A program made the translations under genes and the position numbers. From NCBI RefSeq assembly GCF_009914755.1, contig NC_060936.1: a stretch of 64,000 nt of DNA, one strand, 5' to 3'. The notes beneath the pieces are model-generated. The model was not told the origin of the DNA and did not search any database. It saw only the letters and a list, made by a program, of their open reading frames with translations. Positions 41,629-53,970 of this stretch are shown here, one piece after another; within the stretch, counting starts at the first letter, position 1; each line of letters opens with the position of its first letter. This stretch comes from the human T2T-CHM13v2.0 reference genome, Homo sapiens.

Positions 41629-43244
41629 CCTCTCCCTCTCCCTCTCCTCTTTCCACAGTCTCCCTCTCCCTCGTCTCCCCTCTCCCTCTCCCGCTTCCAC
41701 GGTCTCCCTCTCCCTCATCTCCCCTTTCCACGGTCTCCCTCTGATGCTGAGCCGAGGCTGGACTGTACTGCCGCCATCTCGGCTCACCGCATCCTCCCTG
41801 CCTGATTCTCCTGCCTCAGCCTGCCGAGTGCCTGGGATTGCAGGCACACGCCGCCACGCCTGACTGGTTTTTGTATTTTTTGGTGGAGACGGGGTTTCGC
41901 TGTGTTGGCCAGGCTGGTCTCCAGCTCCTGACCGCGAGTGATCTGCCCGCCTCGGCCTCCCGAGGTGCCGGGATTGCAGACGGAGTCTCGCTCACTCAGT
42001 GCTCAATGTTGCCCAGGCTGGAGTGTAGTGGCCTGATCTCGGCTCGCTACAACCTCCACCTCCCAGCTGCCTGCCTTGGCCTCCCAAAGTGCTGAGATTG
42101 CAGCCTCTGCCCGGCCGCCACCCCGTCTAGGAAGTGAGGAGCGTCTCTGCCTGGACGTCCATCGTCTGGGATGTGAGGAGCCCCTCTGCCCGGCTGCCCA
42201 GTCTGGGAAGTGAGGAGCACCTCTTCCCGGCCGCCATCCCGTCTAGGAAGTGAGGAGCGTCTCTGCCCGGCCACCCATCGTCTGGGATGTGGGGAGCGCC
42301 TCTGCCCAGCCGCCCCGTCTGGGAGGTGAGGAGCGTCTCTGCCCGGCCACGACCCCGTCTGGGAACTGAGGAGTGTCTCTGCCCGGCCGCCACCCCGTCT
42401 GGGAGGTGAGGAGTGTCTCTGCCCAGCCGCCCCGTCTGGGAAGTGAGGAGCCCCTCCTCCCAGCAGCCGCCCCGTCTGGGAAGTGAGGAGCGTCTCCGCC
42501 CAGCAGCCGCCCCGTCTGAGAAGTGAGGAGCCCCCCAGCCCAGCAGCCGCCCTGTCTGGGAAGTGAGGAGCGTCTCCGCCCAGCAGCCGCCCCGTCCGGG
42601 AGGGAGGTGGGGGGCAGCCCCCGCCCAGCCACCGCCCCGTCCGGGAGGTGGGGGGCGCCTCTGCCCGGCCGCCCCATCTGGGAAGTGAGGAGGCCCTCTG
42701 TCCGGCCGCCACCCCGTCTGGGAGGGGTACCCAACAGCTCATTGAGAACAGGCCATGATAACGATGGCGGTTTTGTCGAATAGAAAAGGGGGAAATGTGG
42801 GGAAAAGAAAGAGAGATCAGATTGTTACTGTGTCTGTGTGGAAAGAGGTAGACATGGGAGACTCCATTTTGTTCTGTACTAAGAAAAATTCTCCTGCCTT
42901 GGGATCCTGTTGATCTGTGAACTTACCCCCAACCCCGTGCTCTCTGAAACATGTGCTGTGTCCACTCAGGGTTAAATGGATTAAGGGCGGTGCAAGATGT
43001 GCTTTGTTAAACAGATGCTTGAAGGCAGCATGCTCCTTAAGAGTCATCACCACTCCCTAATCTCAAGTACCCAGGGACACAAACACTGCGGAAGGCCGCA
43101 GGGACCTCTGCCTAGGAAAACCAGAGACCCTTGTTCACATGTTTATCTGCTGACCTTCCCTCCACTATTGTCCTATGACCCTGCCAAATCCCCCTCTCCG
43201 AGAAACACCCAAGAATGATCAATAAATACTATTAAAAAAAAAAA
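41629..43244 (+). mobile_element. Full-length SVA retrotransposon (older A/B-like)
   Basis: (CCCTCT)n head, antisense Alu-like domain, GC-rich VNTR (~42100-42725), SINE-R, AATAAA, poly(A); TSD GTGAAATC at 41621-41628 and 43246-43253. Confidence 0.97.
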
Positions 43245-43428
43245 GGTGAAATCAAAGCTGGTGTCAAGCTCAGATCCCCTGAGGTGCCACAGTTCTCTCT
43301 CTACCCCCAGGTGCATCCCACCCTGAGTTAATAGGTAAAACCCTGGTCGTGAGGTGGTAACTGCTAAAATTGTGCCTAATTCAGCTGATGGACACAGAAA
43401 GGCCACCTCTTTAATGTATGAGTGATGA

Positions 43429-43782
<354 letters not shown>

Positions 43783-44618
43783 CTGAAAATTACTGAGCAG
43801 CACTTAGAAAGTGACCCTCACCTGCTCTCCTTGAAGCTTCTGGGAAGTGGATCATGCTGGAAGGAGGCCTCAGCTGGAGGCCTAGAGAGTTGTTAATATT
43901 TTTCTTCTTCCTCTATTAATTTGAGTTAATAAATGCCTCTAGCCTAAGGGGAACAGGAGGAGGAGGTGAAGGCCTCATTACCAGTGACCAGACAGCCCCT
44001 GACCACAAGCGTTTTAAATTACTGAGTCCTAACGGGGTCCATCAGAGGGGATGTAGGCCAGGAGGCCATGAGAGGAGATGCATGCAGAGCAGTGCCCCGC
44101 CCTGCGAGAGGGTCCAGGGCTCCCTCCTCTGCCATCAGCCGCCAGGAGCAGATGGCAGTGCCTCCCATTGACTTCTGCTCAGCTGTGTCATCAGAGCCAC
44201 GCTCTGCTGTGTCCTGGGAGGCACACTGCATACCTGCAAGAATTAATTAATGGAAAATAGGAAGAAAGGGGCTCAGAGCAACTAGATTGAGGCCTTGAGG
44301 CCACAACGCGCCATGGCTTAAATGATGCATGACAGGTCCTGTCCCTCCAGGCTGAGAGCCATTCTAGGGGGCTTCCTACTGACTGTCCTCAGGATAAACT
44401 CAGAACTCCAAAACAGCCCTTCCTAACCCTCCTGTCACCCCATGCCGTACCACACATGCATGCTATAGTCCAGCCACACAACCACTCTTAGTTAATATTT
44501 TTCCTCCAAACCAGCTCTATCTCCCAGGCCATGATGCCTGCTATTCTCCTGCCTGAACACGTCCCACTCTTTACCTGGCCATTCATTTCCCACTCACTCT
44601 TTAGGTCTTATCTTAGAT

Positions 44619-44842
44619 CAGGGGTCAGCGTATTTCAGCCCACAGGCCAAATCTGGCCCACTACCTGTTTTTGTAAATAAAGTTTTATTGGAACACAGCC
44701 ATGCCCATTTATTTGCACACTGTCTACGGCTGCTTTTGCTCATAACAACAGAGCTGAATGGATACAACAGGGACCATATGGCTGCCAAGAGCCTGCTGTA
44801 TTTACTCCCTGGACCCTTACAGGGAAAATTTGCCAGCCCCTG
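44619..44842 (-). mobile_element. MER58A inserted in L2 (~44330-45100)
   Basis: CAGGGGTCAG...TTTGTAAATAAAGTTTTATTGGAACACAGCC...GCCCCTG; TSD TCTTAGAT/TCACAGAT. Confidence 0.9.
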
Positions 44843-45181
44843 TCACAGATGCTAATTCCTTCAGAACATTGTTCCTGGCTCACTAGAATGTTTTAGGTGC
44901 CCGAATCTTACTTCCCCTACCCCAGCCCTTTCCCCTCTGAATTATAATTGATATTTTCAGTCTTTCTCTTCTAGACTCTGAGCTCCTTACAAGGAAGGCT
45001 GGTTTTTTGCAACTCGGTGCCCCAGGCCTCTTATACAGACCCTGAACCCCTCATAGGCACCGAAAAATAAGTTTGCTGAATGGAAGAATGAACAAATGAA
45101 GGAGTCTTTGAATGCAGTGCTGGAAAGCCCAATGATGTCACTAAATAGAGTTCAACTAACTCAGGCTATTGATGAATGTCA

Positions 45182-45559
<378 letters not shown>

Positions 45560-45914
45560 TTAAACATTAGCCCATCCAGTGATTAAAGAGGCCTCAAAAA
45601 TGTCTCCTGGGGAGCTTCTCCTAGACCAAATGCAAGGGAGAAGAGATGAAAATCTCACTAACATCTCACTAACAGCTGGGGCCCGGGGTCCTCCAAGACT
45701 ATTCCAAGTTACAATCCATACTCCAAATTCTCTGGTTGCTTCCAAGTCAGCCCCATCGCTCCCTCTTAATCCTTCTCATTGTACATTGCTGTTTCAGTCT
45801 GCTGACTTATCATTCTTTTCTGCTGAACTGTAAGCTCCTGAAAGGCAGGGTCATTTGCTCACCAGAGAATCCCTGCTGAGACCTGGCTTCATGTAGGCCC
45901 TCCTAAAATGTGTG

Positions 45915-45983
45915 ATGGATGGACGCATGCATGCATGCATGGATGGATGGATGGATGGATGGATGGATGGATGGATGGATGGA
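45915..45983. repeat. (TGGA)n with (TGCA)n interruption
   Basis: Directly visible. Confidence 0.95.
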
Positions 45984-47716
45984 AACTAACCATCAAGTCC
46001 TTCCATCTGGCATACAGTGGTACAGAGTGCCAGGTGGGGCCTGATTTCACTCTGGGGTGAACCCAGGATTGGCCCCCAATTCAGTAGAGAACACAGAGGA
46101 GCTTCATTTAAGGATGGTCTTGACTGTTTTGTGGTTACTTTGTGTCTATCATGCCGAAGCCACACACTTGGTGTTGAGCAGCTTTGCCCTCACGGCCTCC
46201 ACTTTCTGGGTGCGTTTCTGGGGCCTCAGCTGTCTCCAGACTTGTTCCTGCCTTCCTCAGTGTGACTGCTCCACCGCAGCCTGGCCCCCATTATCCTAAA
46301 TCAAAGTGCCAGGCACCTGCCCTCTCTGACTCAAGCTGCCACCCAGGGGCCAAAGCACAGTGGAGACGTTGGCCCTGCAAGGAATTGTTCTGTCTCCCCA
46401 TTTATCACACTAAAGGTTCATTTCAAATTATATTAAACAGGTCAAATATCAAGATAGAGAGCAGAGCCTTCTCTTTCTGTTTTCCAGAAATGACACCACC
46501 CTCTAGAGTGAATAGATCTGGGGCATTTAATTTGGCAACCAAGTGACATTCCCTCCCAGAAGCCTGGCGCCTGCCAGTGGCCAAGTGGAGAGAGAAGGGA
46601 GGAGAAGCAAGAACTCAACACGATTATCACAAAGAAAGATAAAAAGAAACCATAAATTCTACAGGACTAATGATGTCTCTCAGGAAACCCTGCATTTTCC
46701 TGTATACAAGACTGGCTTTTTTGTTCCTAGGGACCTCATCCCTGAGACTAATTCTAATGCTCCTTCTTTTATCATGTTAATAATAATAACTGTAATCATG
46801 CATTTAAGATACCAGTGTCACGCAAAATGTATCATTCCGCTTGTGGTAAAACAGTTCTTGGTTTGCATCAACAACAGGCCTGTAGGATGACACTTCTGGG
46901 TGACTTGGAGAAAGTGCATCTATAAGATAGTCACAGAACCGTAAGGCCACAGGGTGCCCTATAATAGTAGTTAAGAAATACGCTTAACGGCTTAAAAATG
47001 ACACTCTTCCCCAAGCATTTTCTTACCTCCCTGCATTTCATCTTCTAAGATACATCCCCATTAAGAGAAAAACTATTTGCTCAAAATGACAGAATTTAGG
47101 GCTTTGGGAAAGGATAGAAATAAGATTAATTGAACGTGCCCCTTATGCATGACTTAGAGTAATTTTCCCAGAGTGTTGTGTTGAGAAGGATTCTGAAGTC
47201 ATACCGGGATCCATGAAGAATGTCTGCCTCCAGAAACGGTAGGGAAATGGTCAGCCTTACACACACCAGATATGCCAACCTGACTTTTGGTCATTTGACC
47301 ATAGTTGAATCAAGTCAAAATAAGTACTGAAATTTTTACCCATTTCTCTAGGCCCAGCCAACTCAAATACATCCCACGGGGCCCTGTTAAAATGTCCCCC
47401 AGGTCATTTATTCACTTTGTTTTCCTTGGTACTGTTCCCTTCTGCTCAGGGAAATGAAACACTCCCTTGCCTGTTCAAAAATGTAAAGTGATCAAGTCTG
47501 TAAATTTCACAGCTTTCTCTCCTTTAGTACTTCATAAACTGACTGGAGGAATTTGCCTGTCTGTCTGTCTCCTCTTCTGAAAAGAGCCTGCCCCATCCAT
47601 CTCTGAACTCCCAGTGCCTGGCCCATAATAAGGACCGAGTAACTATTCGTTGAATTTACGTTTCATCTGAGTAAGTCTCATCCCATCCTCGTCTCATCCA
47701 AAAACTTTTAAAACTA

Positions 47717-48047
<331 letters not shown>

Positions 48048-48350
48048 TTAAAAAGAGTAAACATCAGTTTACAGAGGGGAAATTGCAATTGCGATGAGCT
48101 TATTCCCGAATAGGAGAGTTTTCTTCTCCCTACCAAGAACCCGGCTCCATGGCTCAAAGGGGAGAATGGGAATTAACCCTCGAAGAAACACAGGGAAAAC
48201 CGCATGGCTCCCAGCCTGTTATCCAACGACACTTAAATCTTCTATAATATATACAACTTCAAACACCATTTTCACCTGTGTGGCCTCATGAGTGTTTGAT
48301 CCACACTGGAAAATTCAATCCAATCCTTTGTGGCGAGAGTATGACTTCAA

Positions 48351-48594
48351 ACTATTTCCCATTTGCCCTGAGAATACTCTTGTCTCTAATCCTAATGTAA
48401 CATCATATACATTTCCATCACATTAGGATTAGAGACAAGTTCTGTTTAGAAACAACTCCAAGAATAGTTTTTATATTTTATTTTCACACTGAAAATCAGT
48501 GAGATTTGCTTCAGCCTCAAAGAGTATGTTTATGTAAGATTAAATGAGTGCTGGCAGCACACTGCATTTTTTTTATTTCTAAACAGGAAATGGG
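48351..48594 (+). mobile_element. MER75B piggyBac-family MITE
   Basis: ~244 bp; TIRs ...ATTTCCCATTTG / AAACAGGAAATGGG; TTAA on the right (TCAA on the left); internal hairpin CTTGTCTCTAATCCTAATG...CATTAGGATTAGAGACAAG. Confidence 0.88.
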
Positions 48595-48704
48595 TTAAGG
48601 TGGTACCTTCCAAACTTCAGTCATTCTGTAAACCATCTTCTCATGCTCTGTCATATCTAAGAACCATCTTATTTACTGGCCATTTCTTTAAATTGACTTT
48701 TTGA

Positions 48705-49009
48705 GGCCAGGTGCGGTGGCTCGTGCCTGTAATCCCACCACTTTGGGAGGCCGAGGCAGCCAGATCACTTGAGGTCAGGAGTTTGAGACCAGCTTGGGCA
48801 ACATGGTGAAACCCTGTCTCTACTGAAAATACAAAAATCAGCCGGGCATGGTGGTACATGCTAGTAGTCCCAGCTACTCAGAATGCAGAGGCACGAGAAT
48901 GGCTTGAACCCAGGAGGCAGAAGTTGCAGTGAGCTGAGATCACATCACTGCACTCCAGCCTGGGTGAGAGAGCAAAATCCTGTCTCAAAAAAAAAAAAAA
49001 AAAAAAAAA
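48705..49009 (+). mobile_element. AluSx-like
   Basis: TSD GACTTTTT. Confidence 0.94.
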
Positions 49010-49796
49010 GACTTTTTGTTAAAGCCTCATCTTAAGCAACGAACACATCTGATGAATCATCCAATGTGTCGGCCACACTTTTTTTCTAATAACACTAAAA
49101 TGTTAACATAATTTTAAATGTTTAAGGTTGGCCAGCGTACCTCTTAAAGTCACCTCAGCTGCAACAGTTTGAGTCCCAAGGTGTGCAAGTCACTGCCCTC
49201 AAGAATTGCTCCACAGGGACACCCTGTCCCCTCCACAGGGCTCCAAGCACATCAGTTAAAACCCACGTTGTTACTGGGCAGAAGACAACACTATCCCGGA
49301 AGCAGAAGGACTCAGCAATTGAGAGTAAGGGATCTGGAGTCAGAGCTGCATTTAAACTCCGGCTCCCACACACTAGCTGCAACGGGAAGCAATGTTTCTA
49401 CCAACTCTGAGCCTCAGTTTCCTTATTTGTAAAATGGGGACACTAACAGCATCCACTTCATATGGGATAATGTGGGGATTAAATAAGAAAACGCATTCTA
49501 TGTACCATCATGCATCACTTAACGACAGGGATGCATTCCAAGAAACGCACCGTTAGAGGATTTCATTGCTGTGCAAAACATCATAGAGCGTACTGACACA
49601 AACCTAGATGACGTAGCCTACTATCCCCCCAGGCTGTGTGGTGTAGCCTATTGCTCCTGGGCTACAAACCTGTTTAGCGTGTTACTCTACTGAATGCTAC
49701 AGGCAATTATAACACAATGGGAAGTATTGGTGGATCTAAACATATATAAATATTAAAACGGTACAGTAAAAAAAAGATATTAAAGACAAAAAATGT

Positions 49797-50082
49797 GGCT
49801 GGGCATGGTGGCTCATGCCTGTAATCCCAGCACTTTGGGAGGCTGAGGCGGGCGGATTACTTGAGGTCAGGAGTTCGAGACCAGCCTGGCCAACACAGTG
49901 AAACCCCATCTCTACTAAAAATACAAAAATTAGCTGGGCATGATGGCACACGCTTGTAGTCTCAGCTACTCAGGAGGCTGAAGCAGGAGAATCGCTTGAA
50001 CCCAGGAGGCAGAGTTTGCAGGGAGCCGAGATTGCGCCACTGCACTCCGGCCTGGGCGACAGAGACTCTGTTTCAAAAAACA
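49797..50082 (+). mobile_element. AluSx-like
   Basis: Full dimer. Confidence 0.94.
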
Positions 50083-50277
50083 AAGGATAAAAAAAGTTAC
50101 ACCTGTGCAGGGCACTTACCATGATCTGAGCTTGCAGGACTGGCAGCTGCTCTGGGTGAGTGAGCGAGTGAGTGGTGAATGAATATGAAGGCCCATGATG
50201 TTACTGTACACTATTGTAGACTTTATAAACACTGCACACTTAGGCTACATTAAATTTATTTTAAAAATAAGGTAATT

Positions 50278-50586
<309 letters not shown>

Positions 50587-51124
50587 TAAAGTAATTGCAC
50601 TACAATGTTATGACAGCTACAACATCACTAGGTGAGAGGCAATTTCCAGCTCCATTATAATCGTAGAGACCACCGTTGAGATAAGCAGGTCATCCTTGCC
50701 CAAAACGTCATTATGCAGTGCATGAGTACAATTAGTGCCGGGCATATCACTGGCCCTCGATAATGATGTTATTAACAGCATCATAAATGCATTATCACTA
50801 GCAACATTCATTCATTCAACAAACATATATACAGCATCTGTGTCTTCACTGAGAGCTCAGTGGTGAGCAAGACATGCAGGGTCCTTGAGGAGCCTGGGTC
50901 TGGTGGCAAAGACAGTCTAGGGAAGAAGAAAGACTAGAAACAACTGGACAGGTTGCTAGAGACAGGATGAGGTAAGATAGGGGTGCTGGGAGTTGAAATA
51001 GACCTCCCAATCTCAGCCAAGGCACAAACTCAGAGAAGAGTAGTAGGAGGTAGCTCAGGCACATGGTTGGACTGACATATTTTGGGTGTTACTGTTGTTT
51101 TTTTTTTCACTCTTAGAAAAGCTT

Positions 51125-52050
51125 GTATTTTTTTTTAAATTTCTTATTTCCATAGGCTTTCGGGGAACAGATGGTGTTTGGTTACATGAGTAAGTTCTTT
51201 AGTGGCGATTTGTGAGATTTTCGTGCACCCATCACCCAACAGTATACACTGAACCCAATTTGTAGTCTTTTACCCCTCAGTGGCCCCCCACCCTTCCTTC
51301 CCGAGTCCCAAAAGTTCATCGTATCATTCTTATGCCTTTGCATCCTTATACCTTAGTTCCCACTTATGAGTGAGAACATACAATGTTTGGTTTTCCATTC
51401 CTGAGTTACTTTACTTAGAATAATAGTCCCCAATCCCATCCAGGTTGCTGCGAATGCCATTAATTCATTCCTTTCTATGGCTGAGTAGTATTCCATCATA
51501 CATATATATAAAATATATATACACATATATATATTATATATATTATATATGTTATATATACTATATATAGTATATATATTAGATATGTTATATATACCAT
51601 ATATAATATATGTATATATTACATATATTATATATGTTATATATTACATTTATATGATATATGTATATAGTACATATATTATATATGTTTTATATACATA
51701 TAATATATATGTTATATATTACATTTATATAATATATGTATATAGTACATATATTATATATGTAATATATGCATATAATATATGAATATATAACATATAT
51801 TATATATTCATATATTATATGCATATATTACATATATAATATATGTACTATATACATATATTATATAGATGTAAAATATACATATATTATATATGTAATA
51901 TATACATATATTATATATGGTATATACAATATATATACACACACATATACACCACAATTTATCCACTCATCGATTGATAAGCATTTGGGCTGGTTCCATA
52001 TTTTTGCAATTGCAAATTGTGCTGCTATAAACATACATGTGCAAGTATCT
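51125..52050 (-). mobile_element. L1PB1-type 3' fragment
   Basis: GGGGAACAGATGGTGTTTGGTTACATGAGTAAGTTCTTTAGTGG...TTTTCCATTCCTGAGTTACT. Confidence 0.88.
51498..51950. repeat. Expanded degenerate (TA)n tract, ~450 bp
   Basis: Directly visible. Confidence 0.95.
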
Positions 52051-52309
52051 TTATTTTCAATTGATAGAACTTGGCACACTCTGCCAGGTGATGATAATGA
52101 CAATGGCAATCATACCAGCTCAATGCAAACACTCCCAAAAAGACTGATGGATAGGCCACCGTGTCTGAGGCCCTCACGGCAGATCTTCTTGGGGGAATCC
52201 CCCATCTCATCATCCATCTGAGATGAAGAGGAAGCGGTGAGGAGGGAAAGATATAGCTGCCATACCACTTATTCACACTTCTATCTCTGAAAACTTACTT
52301 GACGGTCAA

Positions 52310-53970
52310 GGTTAAAGGGTACATCCTAAGAAAGATGGGAACATGTTTAAAGGATGCAGTGGCCAGCTAGAAGGGGCTTCTGCTGGCCAAATCTGGGACA
52401 ATTTGAGCATCAAAATAAATAGCGATAGTAAAGGAGTATAACCTATTGAATGAAATAAGAATCTATGAGTCTACACTGATACAAGTAGAGAGCTGGGTGT
52501 GGTGGCTCACTCCTATAATCCTAGCTACTTGGGAGACTGAGGTGGGAGGATTGCTTGACCCTAGGAGTTCAAGACCAGCCTGGGCAACGTAGCAAGACCC
52601 AGTCTGTACAAAAAAAAAAAAAATTTTAATTAGCTGGGCACAGTGGTGCACACCTGTCAAGTCCCAGCTACTCAGGAGGCTGAGGCAGGAAGATCACTTG
52701 AGCCCAGGATGTCGAGGCTGCAGTGAGCTAGGATTGCACCACTGCACTCCAGCCTAGGCGACAGAGCAAGACCCTATCTTTTAAAAACAAACATAAACAA
52801 ACAATACAAACCACTCACTACAAAAAATCTCAAACATCTCTTGAGTCCAGAAGTGGGGATTACAGTGAGCTATGATTGTACCACTGCACTCTATCCTGTG
52901 TTGCCCAGGCTGATCTTAAACTCCTGGTCTTGACAGAGAAAGACCTCAGTCTCTTAGAAAAATAGTGTTACTATTATTAAAAATAAAGAAGGAGAAGGGA
53001 AAGGTCATCCTTTCAGTAGAACTAACTAGTAAATGTGGAAGAAATGACAGAATTTGAAAATCACCATTTGGAAACCATCATAATTATAATTGATTCAGGA
53101 AAGAATCATCAGTGGATGCTAAAACTCATAGTGAAATTTTGAGGAGTAACAGAATATTTACGTAGTTTAAAAATATCTCCCCACAAGATACTTATGAATT
53201 TCAACTGGTGAGAGAGTAACTGGACAGTGAAGAGATGTGGCAGACAACACTTTCACCAAATGATCACAGTTAGTATCACCAGTCATGGGTCAGATCGACA
53301 GGTGTTCCCTGCTGTGATGCACTGAGAACACCACTTCGCTTCTATAGCATCCCTGTTAAAACTGTATAACCTGAATCATCATAAGGAAATCTAATCTAAT
53401 CATAAGGAAAAAAACAAGTTGAAAGATAGCCTACAGGAGAAAGCAAGTCCCAGGAATTGTTCCTGATTAAAGGAAACTGAGGGGTCAGGATAACTGAATG
53501 CATTGCATGATGCGGATTTTTCTTTCACTATCAAGGGTGTTATTGGGACAACTGAAATCTAAATAAGTTTGGAGATTAGATCACAGTCTTTTATTTTTAT
53601 TTTCATCAATGTGAATGTTCTGATGTTGAGAATTGTACTGTGATTCTTTAAGAGAATGCTCCTGATTTTAGAAAATATTCGCTGAAGAAGTTAGGAGTAA
53701 CAGGGCATTATGTCTGCAACTTAATCCCAAATGGTTCAGAAAACATATGGATGGATGGATAAAATGGATGGATGGATGGATGGATGGGTGGATGGATGGA
53801 TGGATGGATGGATGAATGGGCAGAGAGATGAACAGACAGATAAAAGGTAAAGTGGGTAGAATAAAATATTGACATTTGGGAATCTGGGTGAGGGGAATTA
53901 GAAAGGAATTCTTTGTAATGTTCTTATAACTTTTTTGCAAGTCTGAAATAATGTCAAAAACAATTTTTAA
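52310..53970 (+). mobile_element. Old L1MC/MD 3' region with AluJ (52491-52800), an Alu fragment (52839-52960) and (TGGA)n (53748-53820)
   Basis: ATCTGGGACAATTTGAGCATCAAAATAAAT...GGAAAGAATCATCAGTGGATGCTAAAACT...GGGAATCTGGGTGAGGGG. Confidence 0.75.

Noticed and set aside
42100-42725. Repeat array or CpG-island promoter appearance
   Set aside because: It is the SVA VNTR; there are no unique spacers and it is neither CRISPR nor a host promoter.
41527-43218. ORFs up to 231 aa over the SVA (e.g. 42047-42742)
   Set aside because: They are stop-poor translations of the GC-rich VNTR and Alu-like domain, not genes.
46564-46584. CTCF-like motif (also at ~44140-44160)
   Set aside because: Two to three mismatches at core positions.
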